Shown: in pieces, positions 56,987 to 64,000 of the stretch
Layout: the number at the start of each line of letters is the position of its first letter
Numbering within the stretch: the stretch's first letter is position 1
IMG/VR virus record: IMGVR_UViG_3300033156_000272
Location: 1 to 64,000 of that record
Direction: 5' to 3' (one strand)
DNA length: 64,000 nucleotides
From: a virus
The notes under the pieces: model-generated
The model's input: the letters and a program-made list of their open reading frames with translations, nothing else
The model's database searches: none
Told to the model about the DNA's origin: nothing
Position numbers and translations under genes: made by a program

Positions 56987-57730
56987 TCATATCCCTCTTG
57001 TTTTCTCTGGCCAGACAATCTTATGGATCTGTAGAACAAACTTCACACAGGTGAAGGGCATGAGGGATTGTAATTTGATCACTCCATCAGCAACAGCTTG
57101 TGCATTCACGCATTTGTTATTGTCGTCAAATATTGGAGATATGTGTACCTCTGGATTATTTCCCAACTTACTCACTATATCAGGTATGAGAGTTATATGC
57201 TTCCATTCTCCGACAACAAACTTGAGGCAATCACAGTCATCTAGTGCTTCATAGTTGTTGGGGTGAAAGTATGCATTAAATTTATAGTCACATACAAAAC
57301 AGTCGACCCATGGAAAGGATTCTATGTTCTGTGTACCGTTCGTTTCTAGTACAATGTGAAAATCTTCTTCGGAAAGCGCACTCAGAAGTCTGTCCATGTT
57401 TGCGTGTATAAGTGGCTCTCCGCCAGTTATACATATACTATTAATTTTGGTGTCTTCTCTTATCGTCACGATTTCTGCCATGATGTCATTGACAGACATC
57501 ACTTTCCCGTGGTGTGCATACTTTGAATCACAATAATCGCAATTCAAGTTGCACCCTGCTACACGAATGAATATCTCAGGAAGGCCCTGCATTGGACCCT
57601 CCCCTTGTAGCGATACGAATATCTCGACAACCTCTAGGGGGGCGTCATAATATTCTTCTGCAGATATATCTTCGTATAACGATTCTACATCTTCGTTCTT
57701 CGGTTCAGTTTCTTGTTTAGTCTGAGACAT
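56987..57730 (-). CDS. queE: 7-carboxy-7-deazaguanine synthase (radical SAM)
   Basis: EIFVSLQGEG, GCNLNCDYCDS, ITGGEP, ETNG, LKFVV, LQIHK. Confidence 0.93.
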   Translation of the reverse strand: MSQTKQETEPKNEDVESLYEDISAEEYYDAPLEVVEIFVSLQGEGPMQGLPEIFIRVAGCNLNCDYCDSKYAHHGKVMSVNDIMAEIVTIREDTKINSICITGGEPLIHANMDRLLSALSEEDFHIVLETNGTQNIESFPWVDCFVCDYKFNAYFHPNNYEALDDCDCLKFVVGEWKHITLIPDIVSKLGNNPEVHISPIFDDNNKCVNAQAVADGVIKLQSLMPFTCVKFVLQIHKIVWPEKTRGI

Positions 57731-57766
57731 TTTATCTGCCTCCTATTTACTATATAGTTGTAATAT

Positions 57767-57788
57767 TATAAGTACTATTTGTAATTAC
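57767..57788 (-). promoter_or_regulatory. Shared 22-bp upstream motif, copy 2
   Basis: GTAATTACAAATAGTACTTATA on the minus strand, upstream of queE. Confidence 0.5.
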
Positions 57789-58291
57789 TTATCCCAGCTC
57801 ACCAACTATCGTAGTTCGTAATATCGGCCGTTATATACTGCTTTGAGTACTTTGCTACTGCGAGTATCTGCATTCCAATCCCGGATTCTCTGCACTCAAA
57901 CCATATATCATCGGTGCCTCTGTGAATGCTCTTGAACTGCTCCCATCGAGCCACCTCTGTTTCATTTAGTATTATTCTTTTCATACTACACCCCTCCATA
58001 TTCTTGGTTGCACCACGGACAATGGCACACAGGGATAATGGCCTCATCCTTCTCTGCATCTGCTATCACATTCATTATCTCATCGAGCACAGAACAAAGC
58101 GGTTCGGGTAGGTCTTTTATTTGGCTCCTGAGATACCGCTCGGTTTCCTTATCCATCGAAGTTACTTCCTTTTTGCTTTATATATACACTTGAGTATGGG
58201 AAAATGATCTAAACATTCTTGTTTGTATAAGCAACTATCGCAGATGGTCGGAGTATTCTTTAGCATCTCTATTAGCTCACAGTTGGTTATC

Positions 58292-58657
58292 TCACTCATT
58301 GGGCTCATTCCACCAGACTATTTCGGTCCATCCAAATGGACCCCTTTCTTTATTTATTTCCATAAGATGTTGTACACAGACATTTGACCAAGAACCTTCG
58401 CGCTCGAAAAATATCTCGCAGTAAGCTCTGGCAGTACATCCTTTAACATCGCACGTTGGCCATAATCGAAGGACGAACAATCGAAGGTGGTTAATTAACC
58501 ATTCTTTGAAGTCCCACCATCTCCAACGTACGTTCGTGTACCAAGGGATACTTATCTTGCTCCCCTCTGGGAATACCTCTTCCCACGAACACATGCGTGA
58601 ATGTGCTTTCGTTCTGTCCTGTGTTTGGATTGCTGCTTCAAGAGAATTGTACATCAT
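58292..58657 (-). CDS. Hypothetical protein
   Basis: Trp-rich, CDVKGC...CVQH. Confidence 0.5.
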   Translation of the reverse strand: MMYNSLEAAIQTQDRTKAHSRMCSWEEVFPEGSKISIPWYTNVRWRWWDFKEWLINHLRLFVLRLWPTCDVKGCTARAYCEIFFEREGSWSNVCVQHLMEINKERGPFGWTEIVWWNEPNE

Positions 58658-58924
58658 TCACCTTTTTACTGGGAATTTGTAGTCGCTTGTCTTTGGTGCG
58701 TATTTGAACAAGAACCAAGCGAGTTCGCGCCTTGCCCTTTTGTTCGATAGTCGCAGTCCCGTCATGACGAACTTGACTGCCCACTCTCGATATTCATCTT
58801 CTTCTGCCATCGTCCACTCGAGCTTTGACCACTGTTCCTGCGCGTCCTCGGCATGTCTGTCAAAGTCTGGCCACTTCTCAAATAGCTTGTCGAGAAGGTT
58901 ATCTACTACTTCTTCTATTTTCAT
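58658..58924 (-). CDS. Hypothetical protein
   Basis: Overlapping start/stop with neighbours. Confidence 0.55.
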   Translation of the reverse strand: MKIEEVVDNLLDKLFEKWPDFDRHAEDAQEQWSKLEWTMAEEDEYREWAVKFVMTGLRLSNKRARRELAWFLFKYAPKTSDYKFPVKR

Positions 58925-59199
58925 ATATCTTTCCTCCCCACGATTGAGAGCAATTTGTCGTATATTGTTATAGTATGTTCCAATGCTTCATCGATCCTTT
59001 CTTGTGGGATCTCTTGAGCATCGATCTTCGCGGCTTCGTACTCGGCCGAATTACAACATCCGTCACAACCATGACTCCACCAAGCAGAGTCGTTAGTATG
59101 TTCTAGAGGCACTCTAACTGTATGGCCAACTCCGTGAATACATATCCATTCCAATCGCCCGTCACCACGCAATACAAAGTTATAGCTTCCTTCTTTCAT
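58921..59199 (-). CDS. Hypothetical protein (CxHGVGH...HGCDGCC)
   Basis: Metal-binding-like motif. Confidence 0.6.
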   Translation of the reverse strand: MKEGSYNFVLRGDGRLEWICIHGVGHTVRVPLEHTNDSAWWSHGCDGCCNSAEYEAAKIDAQEIPQERIDEALEHTITIYDKLLSIVGRKDI

Positions 59200-59561
59200 T
59201 AGCCTTCCTCCAGCAGTTCTGGGTTATCATAGATGTTACCAATGATTTCTCCTTTGTGAAATTCGAGATGCATTTGGTCATCAAACATAGCCCAAAAGAA
59301 ATGTTCTATATCTTTGATTACATACTGATAACCATTTTTGAATCGCACTACATCCCCTTCGTATATCTCCCTGACGTACTTATCCTTCTTGCTTGTGTAT
59401 TGACCAACACTTTCAGGTACTACAATGGTGGTAGCCATCATCCGGTATGAAATATTATCCTTCGGATAATGTATCTTATGCTCATTATTACTATAAAGAT
59501 AATAGCCGTAGACCCAATCGCCGCCATCAATCTCTTTTCCTCTGAACTTTATCTCTCTCAT
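59199..59561 (-). CDS. YopX-family protein
   Basis: MREIKFRG...WVYG...VGQYT..KDK...EIYEGD...IIGNIYDNPELL. Confidence 0.9.
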   Translation of the reverse strand: MREIKFRGKEIDGGDWVYGYYLYSNNEHKIHYPKDNISYRMMATTIVVPESVGQYTSKKDKYVREIYEGDVVRFKNGYQYVIKDIEHFFWAMFDDQMHLEFHKGEIIGNIYDNPELLEEG

Positions 59562-59782
59562 TCTATTTCACCTTCCCAGGCAGCCTCCTCTCCCCAAGCA
59601 GCCTCCTCTCTCCAAGACGCCTTTATCATTTCCATCATATCATCCCTGGTCAGTTCGCCCTCGATGATATGGCCTGTGCCGTTACACTCTTCGCACATCT
59701 GTTTATGAGGGAAAATCGCCACTGCTGCTACGTCGTAAATTATTCCCTTTCCGCTACATTTCTTACAGTGAGTTACTTTCAT
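59558..59782 (-). CDS. DnaJ-type zinc-finger protein
   Basis: CKKCSGKG and CEECNGTG. Confidence 0.6.
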   Translation of the reverse strand: MKVTHCKKCSGKGIIYDVAAVAIFPHKQMCEECNGTGHIIEGELTRDDMMEMIKASWREEAAWGEEAAWEGEIE

Positions 59783-62712
59783 TTCATCGTCTCCAACTCG
59801 ACCATAAAGATACGCCTTATCTCATCCCCTGTTATTCTTCGCCACCGTTTATTGAGCGGGGGAAAATGTAGATAATCTCCTTCATCACTTTTTAGCGCCG
59901 TAGATGCATAAAATTCTGCGCTATTGGTACTACAATCTAATATTCTCTTGTATACCATATTCCTCCATCTGAAATAACCTACTTGTATGATCTGCCCCTG
60001 ATTCGCTACTGGTTCGATAAAATGTAACATTCACTCACCCCCCATCGTTTTCATAGCAACGACCTTCCAAAAAGCAAAGGGCATATCAGTCTTGTTCAGT
60101 TTCGCACAGTAGTCTTGCGCTAACGTTTTTGTGGGGAATGTCTCTCGATACATTCCTCGTGAGCTGTGTTTTAGGCCGTAGACCATCTCTGGTGCACCAT
60201 GTGGCGGGGTAGCCGCCGAATCTCCGGTCATACATGGATTTTGTTTGTAATGTTTCACTTGTAGGATACTCGTAAGAGAAACTAGAGATTTCCCGTCTAG
60301 TAAAATCTCTATCCCATTATCTCTTCGGTACACACCGAATATTCCTAGTTCTGTTTTTATCAGTCTGCCACTATATAGCTCATTCATCTAATCACCTTCT
60401 TTCCATCTCGTCTATATAATCCCCCTCTGCACAGTTAAGACACAGCCATACTACCTTCCCATCTTTCCTGTAGTAGGCCCAGTCGCTTGTGTCCACATCT
60501 TCTTCGGCTATTTCTCTACCACATCTGCATTTTATCATTCCACATCCTCCAAATCCTGGATCTCTCTCACCCTGTGCTCAGCCATCTCGGAACCCATACT
60601 CAATACGTGGTCCAAATATGAATCCACCATGATAGGCAACCCAAAGAAAAGCTCTGTCTTGTAACCGCACATACATACTATTCGTTTCATTCACTCACCT
60701 CATTCTTCCAACGGCGGAGGAGTTGTATCACACACCCCACTCAACCTATCTGGACATTCCTTCGCACAATACCGCCTCGACACCCTCCAACTCCTATCCT
60801 TCTTACATGCCACAGTCGCAGTATCATATGGCCATTTAGTCATACGTGCTCACCTCCCCCAGTCGGATACTTCCTCACCTTCTCCTCGGAGTTCATATCA
60901 CCTATGCGAATTAATGGTGTTCCAATAGCTCGATGATAAGTAACACAATCTAAACACAAATCTTTGGGCGGGGGAAAGGAGGGGTCAAAGCTACAACATT
61001 CACTCATTCACCTCACCTCCCAAAGATGTTCAGGATCGTAGACAAAAGTCATTGACGCGTTATCATCTATTTTGTAGTCTCTTTCATCCCGGTTCCCTTC
61101 ATTATGCTTGACAAGCCATCCGGTAGGAAGCCTAGCACGCTGAGTACAATACCTTTCCTGCTCTTCCACTAATTCCCATTCTAACTTCATTCACATCATC
61201 TCCTTTTTCCAATCTACCTGCCTACCACAACCAGGACAGAAGTGGGTATCTTCTGTTATGGCTTTGCAGTGGCAATTTGAACATTCATACCAATTACACC
61301 ACACATCTGTTTTGTATGCAAGAGTTGGATAGCACATATTTTCTTCGTCTTCAGTGCACAGTATGTTGTCCTTTAGATGCTGAGCAGGGCTCCCTTTCTC
61401 TATCTTTTCGATGTGAACTATCACCAGGTCATTAGGTTGTAGGTTTAATGATTCTTTCTTTTTCGATAACCAGTTGTCGAGTAATTTCACTTTTCTTATT
61501 TCCATTTACTTATTCCTCCGCGTTTCCTTTCCATGTATATTCGCCCTCATCTCCGAAAGCATGTTCACCATCACAATCTCTATTTCCATCACTCATTCCT
61601 CCTGAGCTTTCCATATGCATTGTTTAAGAGATGATCGTGATACTTCTCTGGGATGTATATCCACCCGCCACTAGAATGTTCGAGTTGGCATAGCTTGCAG
61701 AATTGGCATTGTCTCAATTCTTCTATTGTTTGCCCGAAGTGATTTATTGCATATAGCCAAGTGTGAATCTTGAATATATGACAGAGAAACTTTCGAAACA
61801 TATACACTTACCCTATGAACATTTTTATCATTATTATACCGCCGACAATTGTGAAATTGAGTCCGCCGAATAATAAACAGCCACCTACAAAGTCATCATG
61901 ATTGCCATGAATGGACCCGAATAACATTCCACCAAAAAAGGTCGCTGAAATCGTGGACCAAACCAGTAGAAATACTTGTTCTATCATTATATCACCTCAT
62001 ATTAATATGTGTAAGAGCCACCTACCGATGCGCGCGTTTCTCTAGACTTCTTAACTGCAAGTTCGAAGTTATCTTTTAACACCTTCTGACATTGGTTTTT
62101 AAGTTCCGTTGTTGACCTGTCGTGAGACTTGGCTTCTATGCTCACTGTTACTTCATGCGTAGCTATAGTTGCCTTGAACTCGTTGAATTGCTCTTCCTTC
62201 TTCTCGTCCTTCTTCTCTTCGCATCCACAATCATCGGTCATCAGGAATCCTCCTTTCCATATCGTTTGTTCCACTCGGCATAAGAAATTTGTACCTCCTT
62301 AAACACCACGTCATCTATTTTTATGCCGAAACTAACAGTCTCGTTTGGTTGTGTAACAATATGATTACGTCTATTGCCATTAAAGAAATAAACCTTCTTC
62401 CCGTCGGGGAATTTGTAGTAGTACATTGTGTTCAACATATCACGCTCACTTATTCAACCCGGGAAACTTCTCTTCGGCAGACATCTTGTCTTTGAGCTTC
62501 CGGACTTCAGTCTCTCCTCTGTCCATAGTCCTCTTCATGGTATTGGGTTTCACTAGCTTCAAGAACAACCTCCCTCTCTTGAATCTGGTTATCTTGAAAC
62601 TTAATCCCTTAACCTCAACTATCTCGCCCTCGTGAAAAGGTTTGCTATATCTCGCTCTATTGCTCTCTGGTATCTCGTCGTAAGGTACTACTTCTCCGGT
62701 GTCTTCATTCAT
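59779..62712 (-). other. Cluster of tightly packed small hypothetical genes
   Basis: ORFs 59779-60030, 60031-60387, 61008-61190, 61191-61505, 61589-61807, 62002-62274, 62241-62438, 62446-62712 and shorter ones, mostly with GGTGA/GAGG RBS and abutting stops. Confidence 0.55.
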
Positions 62713-62848
62713 CTATATCACCACCATTTCTGCACTTTGGGCATCTGCATATATCTGTACACTGGTCGGGATCATCCTCTGTAACTTCTAGTCCTTCATT
62801 TCTGCAAAAGAAATGCAACCCACAGTTTTTACAAATTGCCATATCTAC

Positions 62849-63307
62849 TCACATCTCCACAATCATATGGCCCGTGCCATTACACTTCTTGCACTTCAGC
62901 CAAACAGTTCTGCGAGGTATTGTATTATATTCTAACTGGTCGACTATCTCGCCTCTTCCACCACACTCATCACAATGCGTGAATGTTGCAATGTTGTTAT
63001 AGTTTATTCGTTCGTCGGCCATTGATTTTGTTAAACAATCTTCTGTGGGTTGCGGGTCTGGGAATCCTATCACTCTTCTATTTGGAGGGGAAAGAGGGAT
63101 TTCTCCCTCGGGTTTTGGTTCTTGCGGCATTACGTCAGAGATTAAGTGACCTATCCCACTGGAATCGTCTTCCAATAGAAATTTCACTGCCTCTATTCCG
63201 TTTTTACATCCGCCTTTTACTATGCGTGTATTTGCGAACATGGCATAGTAATGTTCTCCATCTTGGTCCATTCCTACTATTATGTTTACTTCATTCATTG
63301 TACTCAT
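62849..63307 (-). CDS. Protein with C-terminal DnaJ-type zinc finger
   Basis: CDECGGRG...CKKCNGTG. Confidence 0.6.
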   Translation of the reverse strand: MSTMNEVNIIVGMDQDGEHYYAMFANTRIVKGGCKNGIEAVKFLLEDDSSGIGHLISDVMPQEPKPEGEIPLSPPNRRVIGFPDPQPTEDCLTKSMADERINYNNIATFTHCDECGGRGEIVDQLEYNTIPRRTVWLKCKKCNGTGHMIVEM

Positions 63308-63498
63308 CCCCTTAGTATGCTGCGTAGTTCATTTTGGATGTATGAAAGGTCTTCATGATAGTTGTCTAACAGCTCCAACTTATCTTCATCGGCAGCTGTC
63401 TTATTCCAGTGAAGACCGAGATCTGTGACACTCGCCAGACAATTACTCACTATGATCTCTAGTCGCAACAATCTGTTCAACATTATTTTCTTCCGCAT
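63304..63498 (-). CDS. Hypothetical protein
   Basis: Overlaps neighbours at both ends. Confidence 0.45.
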   Translation of the reverse strand: MRKKIMLNRLLRLEIIVSNCLASVTDLGLHWNKTAADEDKLELLDNYHEDLSYIQNELRSILRG

Positions 63499-64000
63499 CT
63501 GATCCGCTCCATCTCTTTGTTGTGTTCTTCATCACATTTGTCACAGCGACACTGTACATATCCATCCGAGCGAATAGTACCGGGCTTCCCGCAAGTTTCA
63601 CATGTTCTGCGCGATATTGAAGTTGCGAAATCTATTGCTCCGTAAAAGTAGGTAGATCCATCTTTGCGCCAATTAGTTATCTTTTCCCACTGTTCATCGG
63701 TAAGAGGCTTTTCGTTAAACGATTCACACTCCTCTCTAGAATAGTTATACATCACAGTGTATACACGCAACTCGCCCCACTTCTCCTTAATTTGAGAGAA
63801 TTCTACTCTCGGGTAGTGCCTCCAGTTTCTCTTCATATTGAAGTCGATGAAACGGCATAACGTTTCGAGTAAGTCATACCACCCGTCATCACACCCGAGG
63901 CCGAAGGCCATCGGACATATCATCTCACCTTTCTTCGGTACGTATGTTGCTTGTACAAACAACTCTGGGTATGATTTATATAGCTTATCTTGTAGTTCTG
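63483..64000 (-). CDS. Conserved viral hypothetical protein (5' end runs off window)
   Basis: GWYDL...QIKEKWGELRVY...S.RTCETCGKPG...C..C; frame stays open to the window edge. Confidence 0.65.
   Translation of the reverse strand, partial: ELQDKLYKSYPELFVQATYVPKKGEMICPMAFGLGCDDGWYDLLETLCRFIDFNMKRNWRHYPRVEFSQIKEKWGELRVYTVMYNYSREECESFNEKPLTDEQWEKITNWRKDGSTYFYGAIDFATSISRRTCETCGKPGTIRSDGYVQCRCDKCDEEHNKEMERIRCGRK

Noticed and set aside
1-64000. Provirus boundary, integrase or alternative genetic code
   Set aside because: No integrase, att-like junction or host housekeeping block seen; genes read intact in the standard code.

Overview
The window is a large part of a tailed dsDNA virus genome (Caudoviricetes, contractile-tail myovirus type). 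An archaeal host is inferred from BRE-TATA promoters, GGTGA/GGAGG Shine-Dalgarno sites, family B polymerase, MCM-like ATPase, XPF/ERCC4 nuclease and a FolE2/MptA-type cyclohydrolase. It has three parts. (1) About 1-4500: a control region with small genes driven by four near-identical promoter copies, three related winged-helix proteins, an AT-rich island and several non-coding repeat arrays. (2) 4570-37883, + strand: morphogenesis, comprising a LAGLIDADG endonuclease, terminase, portal, a fibre/adhesin cluster, prohead protease, scaffold, capsid, neck, sheath, tube, frameshifted chaperone, tape measure and baseplate. (3) 38016-64000, - strand: replication, recombination and nucleotide metabolism, including a 7-deazaguanine pathway (FolE2/MptA, QueE, QueC, TGT-fold DpdA-like protein), plus many small hypothetical genes. 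The most notable observations are a prohead protease fused to two LigD-type 3'-phosphoesterase-like domains, a PolB with altered dNTP-pocket motifs next to the deazaguanine genes, a stand-alone glycyl-radical domain, and recurrent 15-nt tandem repeats. No integrase, tRNA or CRISPR array was seen. All product calls are by-eye motif recognition; no database search was run.
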